Assembly (NCBI GenBank): GCA_003562075.1
Contig: PWWP01000111.1
Coordinates: 5,793-69,792, forward strand
DNA length: 64,000 nucleotides
Source of the DNA: Gemmatimonadota bacterium
Lineage (GTDB): Bacteria; Gemmatimonadota; Gemmatimonadetes; Longimicrobiales; Gaopeijiaceae
Direction of reading: 5' to 3'
This document shows, piece by piece, positions 1 to 7,761 of the stretch; within the stretch, counting starts at the first letter, position 1; every line of letters starts with the position of its first letter. A model generated the notes under the pieces. That model saw only the letters and a list, made by a program, of their open reading frames with translations, was not told the origin of the DNA and searched no databases. The position numbers were made by a program, and so were the translations under genes.

Positions 1-17
1 GTTCTGGAGGGCCATCG

Positions 18-1019
18 GTGAGGCCGGCCGGCCGGGTGCTGGGGGTGGTGGGCTCCCTCGTTTGGGACACCATCCACCGCCACGACGAGGTTCCCCGGGA
101 GGCCATCCAGGAGTGGGGTGGCATCGGGTACGCGCTGGAGGCTCTCTCGGCCAGCCTGCCCTCGGAATGGACCGTCCGACCCCTCCTGAAGGTGGGGGAG
201 GACCTGGCGGGAGAGGCCCTGGAGTTCCTGGATCGAATCCCCCGGACGCAGATTGGCGGGTGGATACAGGTGGTCCGGAAACCGACGACCCGGGTGGAGC
301 TCCACTACCGGGACGGGGTCCGGAAGGGCGAGCGCCTCTCAGGAGGGCCCGACCCCTGGCGCTGGTCCGAGCTGGAGCCCCGGGTGCAGGGGTGTGATGC
401 CCTCTACGTGAATTTCATCACCGGTTTCGAGATGGAGCTGGAGACGGCCACCCTCCTCCGCGAACACTTCCGGGGTCCAATGTACGCAGACCTCCATTCC
501 CTCTTCCTGGGATTGGGGGCCCGTGGAGACCGGATTCCCCGCCCACTCCCCAACCGGACCCGCTGGCTCCAGGCCTTCGATGCTGTCCAGATGAATGATT
601 CCGAGTTCAGTCTCCTGGCCGGGAAGGCAGGCGATCCCTGGGCCCTGGCCGCCCGCTTGGTAGGACCGGAACTTCCTCTCATGACGGTGACGCTGGAGGA
701 CCGGGGGGCCGCCTACGTGGCGACGGCGGGCTTTGACCCGGACCCGGAGAGCTGGCCCCGTCTCCGGGAGCGGATGGCCCTCCCCGGACCGGCCCGGAGC
801 GGACTCGTCTCCCAGGAGGGCGGAGCGCGGGAAGGCGATTCTACCGGTTGCGGAGATGTCTGGGGGGCCACCACCTTCGCTCGTCTCCTGGCAGGTGACC
901 CGCTGGAGGAGGCCATGGGTCGGGCCAACCGGATGGCTGCCCGGAACGTGGAGTACCGGGGGGCCAGGGGGTTGGGACATCATTTGGCGGGACGACTCGA
1001 TTCGGGAGAGGGGCTGTGA
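18..1019 (+). CDS. PfkB-family (ribokinase-like) carbohydrate kinase
   Basis: 333-aa ORF. N-terminal GVVGSLVWD strand and C-terminal TGCGDVWGA (DTxGAGD-like anion-hole motif) are typical of the PfkB fold. The stop overlaps the next start (GTGA at 1016-1019). Confidence 0.7.
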   Translation: MRPAGRVLGVVGSLVWDTIHRHDEVPREAIQEWGGIGYALEALSASLPSEWTVRPLLKVGEDLAGEALEFLDRIPRTQIGGWIQVVRKPTTRVELHYRDGVRKGERLSGGPDPWRWSELEPRVQGCDALYVNFITGFEMELETATLLREHFRGPMYADLHSLFLGLGARGDRIPRPLPNRTRWLQAFDAVQMNDSEFSLLAGKAGDPWALAARLVGPELPLMTVTLEDRGAAYVATAGFDPDPESWPRLRERMALPGPARSGLVSQEGGAREGDSTGCGDVWGATTFARLLAGDPLEEAMGRANRMAARNVEYRGARGLGHHLAGRLDSGEGL

Positions 1020-1906
1020 AGGTCATCGAGGTGCCGGATACGTTGGACTATCGGGGCGTGGAAGGACTCATGGCCGGTCTTGCGGACGTGGAGGACGGAA
1101 AGACTCTCCTGGACGCCCGGCACCTGCGTTGGATCGATCCGGTGGGAATGGTCTCTCTCCTGGGAGCCGGCCGAGTCCTGGCCCAGCGAACGGGCACCCG
1201 ACCCCGATTCCAGGGACCTGAGTCGGGTCAGGTGGCAGGCTACCTGGCTCGCATGGGGTTCTTCGAGGCTGGGGCGCAGGAGATGGAGCTGGATGCTCCC
1301 CGGCGCCGAGCCGGCGGATCCTCCGATGTCCTTCTGGAGATCACGCCCATTGCCGAGAACCACCATGTGCACGCCGTGGTGGACCGGGTACAGGAGCGGG
1401 CCGGGGCCATCCTCTCCCGGACCCTCCGCTACCCTCCATCGGCGGTGATCCAGTTCGCGGTGATCCTCTCGGAAGTCTGTCAGAACATCCTGGAGCACGC
1501 CGAGGCACCGGGGTGGGTGGCGGCCCAGAGCTACAACTGGAGTCGACGACTCGGACGAAACGTCCTGGTTCTGGCGGTGGGGGATCTGGGCCGGGGGTTC
1601 AAGGGATCCCTGGGACCGGAGCACGCCGGGCGCTTCGGGGATCGTTGGAGTGACGCCACTGCCCTGGAGGCGGCATTCATCCACGGTCTCACCCGGTTTC
1701 CTGACCAGGGACGGGGCCAGGGGATCCAGCAGATGCGGAAGCAGGTGCGCCGTTGGGACGGGGTCATTGCCGTCCGGAGCGGGACGGCCCGGATCGCCGA
1801 TGTTCCGGAGTGGGACGATCTCCCTCCCCTGGAGCGGGATCTCCCCTCCTTTCCGGGGGCGCAGATCACCATCATTCTTCCCGAGCACCGGGAGGAATCC
1901 TCGTGA
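1016..1906 (+). CDS. STAS-like N-domain fused to GHKL (RsbW/SpoIIAB-like) ATPase / serine kinase
   Basis: 296 aa. The N-terminal ~100 aa resemble an anti-sigma-antagonist STAS fold (LDARHLRWIDPVGMVSLLGAG). The C-terminal half has an N-box-like EVCQNILEHA and a G-box-like VGDLGRGF. Coupled on both sides by 4-nt overlaps. Confidence 0.6.
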   Translation: MKVIEVPDTLDYRGVEGLMAGLADVEDGKTLLDARHLRWIDPVGMVSLLGAGRVLAQRTGTRPRFQGPESGQVAGYLARMGFFEAGAQEMELDAPRRRAGGSSDVLLEITPIAENHHVHAVVDRVQERAGAILSRTLRYPPSAVIQFAVILSEVCQNILEHAEAPGWVAAQSYNWSRRLGRNVLVLAVGDLGRGFKGSLGPEHAGRFGDRWSDATALEAAFIHGLTRFPDQGRGQGIQQMRKQVRRWDGVIAVRSGTARIADVPEWDDLPPLERDLPSFPGAQITIILPEHREESS

Positions 1907-2520
1907 GCGCCGCCGACGCCCGGAACCCTTCGGATCTGCAACTGGACGCCTTCGCCATCGACCTCCGGGATCTCATGGATCGGAGTGTGGCGAATCTCTA
2001 TTCCCACCTGGTGACCCGGCCGACAGGGCGTGCAGTCCGATTGGCCATCGAATCCCAGCTCCGGGAGCTGAGCCTCCCGGCCGTGTCGCTGGTGGATCTC
2101 TCTTCCGTATCCATCCTGGACTATTCCTGCGCCGACGAGGTGGTGGCCAAGCTCCTGCTGGCGCGACGGGCCCGCATCCGACCTCATCGGGAGGTCTATT
2201 TCGTCTTCCAGGGTCTCAGGCCCCACCACAGGGAGCCGATCCTGGAGGTTCTCTATCGACACGGGCTGGCAGCGGTGACCCGTGGCGGAGCGCCGGAGGA
2301 ACCGGCTGAACTCCTGGGCGTGGTGAGCCCGGAGGAAACGGCCTCCTGGGAGCGGCTGGAGGCCCTGGGCCAGGTCCGAGGGGATCGGATCCACGAGATC
2401 TTTCCCAGAGATGGACTCCAGGAGGCGCTGGACGAGCTGGTGGAGCGGGGGCTGGCCTTCCGCCATCCTGGCCGAGGAGACGTCCACGCCCTCAGCACCC
2501 TTCTTCAGGAGAAGCCATGA
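1903..2520 (+). CDS. DUF4325-like STAS-domain protein (start placed at GTG 1903)
   Basis: GTG at 1903 overlaps the upstream TGA (1904-1906), in frame with ORF 1753..2520. The motif LPAVSLVDLSSVSILDYSCADEVVAKLLL resembles the STAS-like DUF4325 family. The C-terminal ~60 aa may be a winged-helix. Confidence 0.5.
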   Translation: MSAADARNPSDLQLDAFAIDLRDLMDRSVANLYSHLVTRPTGRAVRLAIESQLRELSLPAVSLVDLSSVSILDYSCADEVVAKLLLARRARIRPHREVYFVFQGLRPHHREPILEVLYRHGLAAVTRGGAPEEPAELLGVVSPEETASWERLEALGQVRGDRIHEIFPRDGLQEALDELVERGLAFRHPGRGDVHALSTLLQEKP

Positions 2521-3770
2521 GTTCCGATCCGTCGTCCGACCCACTTGGGGTCGGGGCCGAGCGTTCCGACCCGTCCTCCCGTCCCTCCTCCGGACATCCG
2601 GCTCCATCTCTTTCCACGCGAGTCGTCCATGGCGGCGTGCCTGGTGGCAGGCCGGGCGAGCCGGTGGTCCCGGCCCTGGTCCAGTCGGCAACCTTCTTCG
2701 GAGGAGGCCCGGATGACGGGGTCGAACTTGGGTATACCCGGTATGGGACCAACCCGAATCAGCGCCTGGTGGGAGATCGGGTGGCATCGCTGGAGGGAAT
2801 GGAGGCCGGGTTGGCTCTGGGAAGTGGAATGGCGGCCATCACCCTGACCCTCCTCTCCATGGTGGAGGCAGGCGATCACGTGGTGAGCTCGCAGCAGCTC
2901 TACGGGGCCACTCGGATCTTCATGGAAGAGGAGCTTCCTCGCCGGGGGGTGGAGGTGACCCTGGTGGACCCAGATGAGGCCGGGGCCTGGGAAGGTGCGA
3001 TTCGGAACACGACTCGACTCCTCTACCTGGAGACGCCCACCAACCCCACCCTGCGGGTCTTCGATCCCCGGCCCGTAGCTCAGGTAGGACAACGACATGG
3101 CCTTCCCCTGGTCATGGACGTGACCTTCGCTTCGCCGGTGAACCTCCGGGCTGGCGAGTGGGGGGCTGAGATCGTCATCCATTCGGCCACCAAGTATCTG
3201 GGCGGCCATTCGGATCTCATTGCCGGTGTGGTGGCCGGACCCATGGTCCGGATCAACGAGGTTCGGCGGCTACTCCGTCTATATGGGCCGGCGCTGGACC
3301 CCCACGCGGCGTGGCTTCTGGATCGGGGAATCCGGACCCTGGACGTCCGAATCGAACGCCACAACCGGAACGCCCTGGAGCTGGCCCGCTGGTTCCAGAA
3401 CCGACCAGAGGTGGCCCGGGTCCATTACCCGGGCCTCCCTGATCACCCGGATCACGCCGTGGCCCACCGCCTCATGGACGGATTCGGGGGGATGGTGGCC
3501 GTGGAGCTGGTGGGGGGCGCAGATGCAGCTGACGAATTCTGTCGCCACCTTTCCATGGCGGCGTTGGCACCCAGCCTGGGAGGGGTAGAGACCCTGGTCT
3601 CCCTTCCCCGGCTTACGTCCCATAGGTCCATGACGGCACAGGAGCGGGAAGGGGTGGGCATCTCGGAGGGTCTGGTACGGATCTCCGTGGGGATCGAGGG
3701 GTTGGAAGATCTGGAAGAGGAGTTTGCCAGGGCCCTGGCGCACGACGGCTCAGGGTCTGGTCGGAGTTGA
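2517..3770 (+). CDS. Cys/Met-metabolism PLP-dependent enzyme (cystathionine gamma-synthase/beta-lyase family)
   Basis: 417 aa. The PLP-lysine motif SATKYLGGHSDLIAG and the general family pattern are present. There is a Ser/Pro-rich ~35-aa N-terminal extension. ATGA overlap with the upstream gene at 2517-2520. Confidence 0.8.
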   Translation: MSSDPSSDPLGVGAERSDPSSRPSSGHPAPSLSTRVVHGGVPGGRPGEPVVPALVQSATFFGGGPDDGVELGYTRYGTNPNQRLVGDRVASLEGMEAGLALGSGMAAITLTLLSMVEAGDHVVSSQQLYGATRIFMEEELPRRGVEVTLVDPDEAGAWEGAIRNTTRLLYLETPTNPTLRVFDPRPVAQVGQRHGLPLVMDVTFASPVNLRAGEWGAEIVIHSATKYLGGHSDLIAGVVAGPMVRINEVRRLLRLYGPALDPHAAWLLDRGIRTLDVRIERHNRNALELARWFQNRPEVARVHYPGLPDHPDHAVAHRLMDGFGGMVAVELVGGADAADEFCRHLSMAALAPSLGGVETLVSLPRLTSHRSMTAQEREGVGISEGLVRISVGIEGLEDLEEEFARALAHDGSGSGRS

Positions 3771-3858
3771 TCCACCCATCCCGGGTGGGTAGCTTCCAGA
3801 GCCGGTCGGTGGCGTCCGGGCAGGTCCCGGCACCGACTCCCAGCGACGATGAGGACCC

Positions 3859-4089
3859 ATGACCAAAGACGAACAGATCCTGGAGGTCCTGGATCAGATC
3901 CGTCCTGCCCTTCACGCCGATGGTGGGGACGTGGAATACCTGGGCTTCGACGAAGCCGAAGGCGTGGTACACCTCCGCCTTCTGGGCGCCTGTGAGTCGT
4001 GCCCGATCTCCATGCTCACCCTGAAGGAAGGGATCGAGAAGCGGATCCGGAGCACTGTTCCAGAGGTGACGGAGGTCATGGCCATCTGA
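3859..4089 (+). CDS. NifU C-terminal-domain (Nfu-type) Fe-S cluster scaffold/carrier
   Basis: 76 aa with IRPALHADGGDVEYLG and the CxxC motif GACESCP, typical of the Nfu/NifU C-terminal domain. Confidence 0.8.
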   Translation: MTKDEQILEVLDQIRPALHADGGDVEYLGFDEAEGVVHLRLLGACESCPISMLTLKEGIEKRIRSTVPEVTEVMAI

Positions 4090-4099
4090 TGGTTCCGAA

Positions 4100-4128
4100 G
4101 GGAGCACCCTGTCATGTCTGGTGCTCCC
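4100..4128 (+). terminator. Perfect 9-bp stem hairpin just after the nfu-like gene (first of three hairpins)
   Basis: gggagcacc (4100-4108) pairs perfectly with ggtgctccc (4120-4128) around an 11-nt loop. No clear U-tract follows. Confidence 0.4.
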
Positions 4129-4240
4129 CACTCGCGGCGCCCTCCTGTCCGGGGGCGCCGTTCGTGTTGAAAAGCACTGCAGCCACGGGATTCCCTGGAC
4201 CCTGCCGGCAGGGTCCAGAAGTATTCCGGAAGGTATATGA

Positions 4241-5437
4241 ATGAGTCAGAATGAGTTGAAACAGGCCGTCCTGACGGCCCTGTCGGAGGTGGTTCATCCC
4301 CACTCGGGAGAGAACATGATCTCCGGCGGGTACGTGAAGGAGTTGGAAATCCGTCCCGATGGAGAAGTCCGATTCGCGTTCGGTCTCCAACCTCAGGATC
4401 CGGGTGCCCTGGTGAAGCAGGCCCGGTCTGCCGTGGAAGGGGTGGAAGGCGTCTCCAAGGTGAAGGTGAACGTCCAGCTTCCTCAGGCTGGAGGGACTGC
4501 TCCCGCGCCTGGACGGGCTCCCGGGGGAGCTCCGGGCGCTGGGGCCCCAGGCCCCGGTGGCCCCGGTGGCCCCGGTGGCCCCGGGGCTGGAGGGGGAGGA
4601 GGGCTCCAGCCCGGATCCGTTCCGGCTCCAACCCCCAAGCCCGGGATCCTGTCCCAGACCGATCACGTGATTGCCGTCTCCTCAGGGAAAGGGGGAGTAG
4701 GCAAGTCCATGGTGGCAACCAACCTGGCTGCGGCCCTGGCGGCTGAGGGCCTCAGGGTAGGACTCCTGGATGCCGACATCTACGGCCCCAACATTCCCCG
4801 GATGTTCGGCGAAACCCGGCGACCCAAGGTCACGGGGGGAGAGGGGAAGGAAATGATCGAACCCCTGGAAGCCCATGGGGTCCGCCTCATGAGCCTGGGA
4901 TTCCTCCTGGAGGATGAGCAGCCGGCCATCATGCGTGGTCCTCTCATTGCCGGAATTCTGAAGCAGTTCCTGGAGCAGGTGGAGTGGGGGCCACTGGACG
5001 TGATGATCGTGGACATGCCCCCGGGAACCGGAGACGCCCAGTTGTCTCTGGTTCAGACCATCGACGTGGACGGAGCCGTCATGGTCACCACCTCCCAGGC
5101 AGTCTCCACTGGAGACGTGCGGCGAGGGGTGAAGATGTTTGAGCGAGTGAACACACCCGTCCTTGGGATCACCGAGAACATGAGCGGTCTCTTCTGTCCC
5201 CACTGTGATGAGGAGATCGACGTCTTCGGGTCAGGGGGAGGGGAGCGGCTGGCCCGGGAGATGGGCCTACCGTTCCTGGGACGGATCCCGCTGGATCCGG
5301 CTGTCCGTCGGGCCGGCGATGCCGGTCATCCCACCGTGCTTTCCGCTCCTGATTCGCCTGCGGGGAAGGCGCTCACCGAGGTGGCCCGGGAGGTGTTCCG
5401 GTCCCTTCGGGCCGCCGGACAGGAGGTAGCATCGTGA
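4241..5437 (+). CDS. apbC: Mrp/ApbC/NBP35-family Fe-S cluster carrier ATPase with N-terminal DUF59-like domain and Gly/Pro-rich linker
   Basis: 398 aa. Deviant Walker A is AVSSGKGGVGKS and the CxxC is CPHCDEE. The N-terminal ~85 aa are MIP18/DUF59-like. The low-complexity linker is PAPGRAPGGAPGAGAPGPGGPGGPGGPGAGGGGG. Confidence 0.9.
   Translation: MSQNELKQAVLTALSEVVHPHSGENMISGGYVKELEIRPDGEVRFAFGLQPQDPGALVKQARSAVEGVEGVSKVKVNVQLPQAGGTAPAPGRAPGGAPGAGAPGPGGPGGPGGPGAGGGGGLQPGSVPAPTPKPGILSQTDHVIAVSSGKGGVGKSMVATNLAAALAAEGLRVGLLDADIYGPNIPRMFGETRRPKVTGGEGKEMIEPLEAHGVRLMSLGFLLEDEQPAIMRGPLIAGILKQFLEQVEWGPLDVMIVDMPPGTGDAQLSLVQTIDVDGAVMVTTSQAVSTGDVRRGVKMFERVNTPVLGITENMSGLFCPHCDEEIDVFGSGGGERLAREMGLPFLGRIPLDPAVRRAGDAGHPTVLSAPDSPAGKALTEVAREVFRSLRAAGQEVAS
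4551..4586 (+). repeat. Tandem 9-bp repeat (gccccggtg x3 plus one imperfect copy) inside the apbC linker
   Basis: Direct reading gives 4551-4559, 4560-4568 and 4569-4577 identical, and 4578-4586 as gccccgggg. The repeat encodes the PGGPGGPGG linker. Confidence 0.9.
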
Positions 5438-5658
5438 AGCTGCCCTTCCGTCCCCGTCCTTCGCGAGAGGACCTTGCCACCCAGCCCCTCCACGTACTGG
5501 TCCGAGATTATCCGGAAACCCTGGAGAACCTCCGGGGGCATGGGGTCACTCCGGAGGAGTTCGGTGACGTGCGTCTGGAGGAGTTCGAGAACCCGGAGAT
5601 GATTCTGGATGAGCTGGAACTCGTCACGGCGTGGCGACCGGCCACGGGTCACGCCTGA
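5434..5658 (+). CDS. Small conserved-looking ORF coupled to apbC (weak DUF1858-like resemblance)
   Basis: 74 aa. The GTG start overlaps the apbC stop (GTGA at 5434-5437). DYPETLENLRGHGV weakly resembles DUF1858 helical domains. Confidence 0.35.
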   Translation: MKLPFRPRPSREDLATQPLHVLVRDYPETLENLRGHGVTPEEFGDVRLEEFENPEMILDELELVTAWRPATGHA

Positions 5659-5668
5659 AGGATTCCAG

Positions 5669-6436
5669 ATGACCCGTATCACACTCCTGACTGACTTCGG
5701 GACCCGGGATGGGTACGTAGGGGCCATGAAGGGGGCCATCGCGGCCATCTTCCCCGGGGTGATCCTGGACGACATCTCCCATCAGGTAGAGCCTGGCGAT
5801 GTCCATGGGGCTTCTCTGGCCCTGGAGCGCTACTGGCACCTGTACCCTCAAGGAACGGTGCACCTGGCCGTGGTAGATCCAGGCGTGGGCACCAGCCGTC
5901 GCGCCCTGGCGGTGGAAGCGGACCGCCGGTTCCTGGTTCTTCCCGACAATGGCCTGGCCAGTCGGGTGTTGGAGGGAGCGTCGTCGTGGCGAGCCGTTTC
6001 TCTGGATGCCCCGGCGTACCGGACCCGGGAGGTGAGTTCCACCTTCCATGGCCGGGACCTCTTCGCCCCAGCGGCGGCCTATCTGGCCCGGGGGATCCAC
6101 CTGTCCCGGCTCGGTGCACCTGTCCCTGAGCCGGTTCGCCTGTCCCCATCGTCCGTGCAGGAGGATGAGGCGACGGTGACGGGCGAGGTGATCGCCCTGG
6201 ATCGCTTCGGGAATCTGGTGACGAATGTGGACGGGGAGCGGCTCCGCAGGGCCAGGGATGTCCGGGTGGGTGATCGGTCCATTCCCTTGGCCACCACCTA
6301 CGGCGAGGTGGAGCCGGGAGAGCTACTGGCCCTGGTGAATTCGGATCAGAGGGTGGAGGTGGCTGCCCGGGAGGATTCGGCGGCCCGGATTCTGGACGCC
6401 AGGGTGGGAACGCCGGTTCGGCTCCACCTGGAGTAG
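5669..6436 (+). CDS. S-adenosyl-L-methionine hydroxide adenosyltransferase family protein (DUF62, fluorinase/chlorinase-like)
   Basis: The start was moved to ATG 5669 (MTRITLLTDFGTRDGYVGAMKGAI), which matches the family N-terminus. 255 aa. Confidence 0.8.
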   Translation: MTRITLLTDFGTRDGYVGAMKGAIAAIFPGVILDDISHQVEPGDVHGASLALERYWHLYPQGTVHLAVVDPGVGTSRRALAVEADRRFLVLPDNGLASRVLEGASSWRAVSLDAPAYRTREVSSTFHGRDLFAPAAAYLARGIHLSRLGAPVPEPVRLSPSSVQEDEATVTGEVIALDRFGNLVTNVDGERLRRARDVRVGDRSIPLATTYGEVEPGELLALVNSDQRVEVAAREDSAARILDARVGTPVRLHLE

Positions 6437-6464
6437 TAGGAGAGCGGACTGGGTCGGGAAGACC

Positions 6465-6704
6465 TCAGTGGCCGCTTTCCAACCATTCCCGGTCGGCCCG
6501 GGAGAGCTTACCCCGGTCCCGCCGCCGCTCCACGACCTTCAGCACGATCCATCCCAGGAGGATGACCGGAGCCACCTTGAAGAGGATGAATCCGGCCAGC
6601 CCGAAGGCCAGGGAGAAGACGGTGCCCACCACCGAGAGGACCAGGCCCACTACCAGAAGGGTGATGAGTCCGACGGCGAAGAATGTCAGGAGTGTGCCCA
6701 GCAT
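6465..6704 (-). CDS. Small two-TM membrane protein, last gene of the ECF sigma operon
   Basis: 79 aa. Two long hydrophobic segments are followed by the basic tail ERRRDRGKLSRADREW. Co-directional with the upstream envelope genes. Confidence 0.5.
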   Translation of the reverse strand: MLGTLLTFFAVGLITLLVVGLVLSVVGTVFSLAFGLAGFILFKVAPVILLGWIVLKVVERRRDRGKLSRADREWLESGH

Positions 6705-6858
6705 GGCGGGCCTCCGGTGTGCAATGTGGTCTGGAGCCGGATCGTAGGGCCGGCGTTGTACCGTTCGGTTGGCGTCGAGGATCCAGGGACTGTCCTGACC
6801 TCTGGCCGGATCTCCCCATCCCTTTCAACATGGAATACGGGAGGCTCGAGCGGAAGCT

Positions 6859-7761
6859 TCATGGATCGGTTCGCTCGATGGTGATGCTGCCGAAGGCTGC
6901 GTCGACCTGGATCTCCACGGTCCGGTCGGCGCTCTCCCAGTTCTCCGAGAAGTAGGCGCCGTCTCGCTGGCTCAGCCCCGACGCGTTCACCGAGGTGAGA
7001 AAGGTGCTGCGAGTGAGCCGGATCCCCACGTCCCGGGGGACGGCGATACGCACGCTCCCCAGACCCATGGAGACCTCGATCCGGCTTCGCTCCTGGATGA
7101 GTCCAGTCAGGTCCAGACGGACGTCGCCCACTCCCGCATCGACCTCGATGGACCGGGCGTTCAGCCGGCCGAGGCCTTCTGCCCGGAAAGCTGCAGCTCC
7201 GACCTGGAGGGCGACCCGATCCATCTCCAAAGGATTGGACTCGGAAACCTGGAGAAAGCTGTCGGAAGCCCCTGTGGCCAGATTCAGCGCCGTCAGTGGG
7301 ATGCCGCCCAGTTCCATCTCCGTCCGGACCGCTCCCAACTCCAGATCCAGAGAGATGGGGACCTGTCGGCCGAGCTGGAGCTCGAGCCGGTCCTCGCCGT
7401 TGCCCCGTCGAGAGAAGGGGGAGGTGACTCTCCGGGGAGAGGTGGTCCGATCCACCCCCACCTGGAGTCGACCTTCTCCGAAATCGTGGATGGGGGAGGT
7501 GGCCTCCTCATCGTATCGGAGCCGCACCTGATAGAGGCGGTTGCCAGACGCAGGGCCCAGCGTGAACTGACCCGCTTCGTAGCTCACCCGGACGGAGAGC
7601 TCCTCCTGGCCCTGGAACGCCCGGGAGGCCTGGAAATCGCTCCAGCTCTGGGCTTGAAGTTCGGCTCCGCTCCACTGGCCCGGGAGGGCCAGAAAGAGCC
7701 CCAGGGCCAGGATGGATACCACCGGCCCTGAGAGCCACAGTCTCCCAGCGTCAGCTCTCAT
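6859..7761 (-). CDS. Signal-anchored repetitive beta-rich protein (LiaF/DUF4097 toast-rack-like)
   Basis: Start set at ATG 7761 (MRADAGRLWLSGPVVSILALGLFLALP), which overlaps the upstream stop by 11 nt. The C-terminal half has repeated short strands (LELGAVRTEMELGG, VDAGVGDVRLDL, VSMGLGSVRIAV), as in LiaF-type domains. Confidence 0.5.
   Translation of the reverse strand: MRADAGRLWLSGPVVSILALGLFLALPGQWSGAELQAQSWSDFQASRAFQGQEELSVRVSYEAGQFTLGPASGNRLYQVRLRYDEEATSPIHDFGEGRLQVGVDRTTSPRRVTSPFSRRGNGEDRLELQLGRQVPISLDLELGAVRTEMELGGIPLTALNLATGASDSFLQVSESNPLEMDRVALQVGAAAFRAEGLGRLNARSIEVDAGVGDVRLDLTGLIQERSRIEVSMGLGSVRIAVPRDVGIRLTRSTFLTSVNASGLSQRDGAYFSENWESADRTVEIQVDAAFGSITIERTDP

Noticed and set aside
4480-4620. 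A repetitive G/C-rich stretch that could superficially look like a repeat array
   Set aside because: It is an in-frame Gly/Pro linker inside apbC with 9-bp units and no spacers, so it is not a CRISPR array. No CRISPR-like repeat-spacer structure was seen anywhere in the window.
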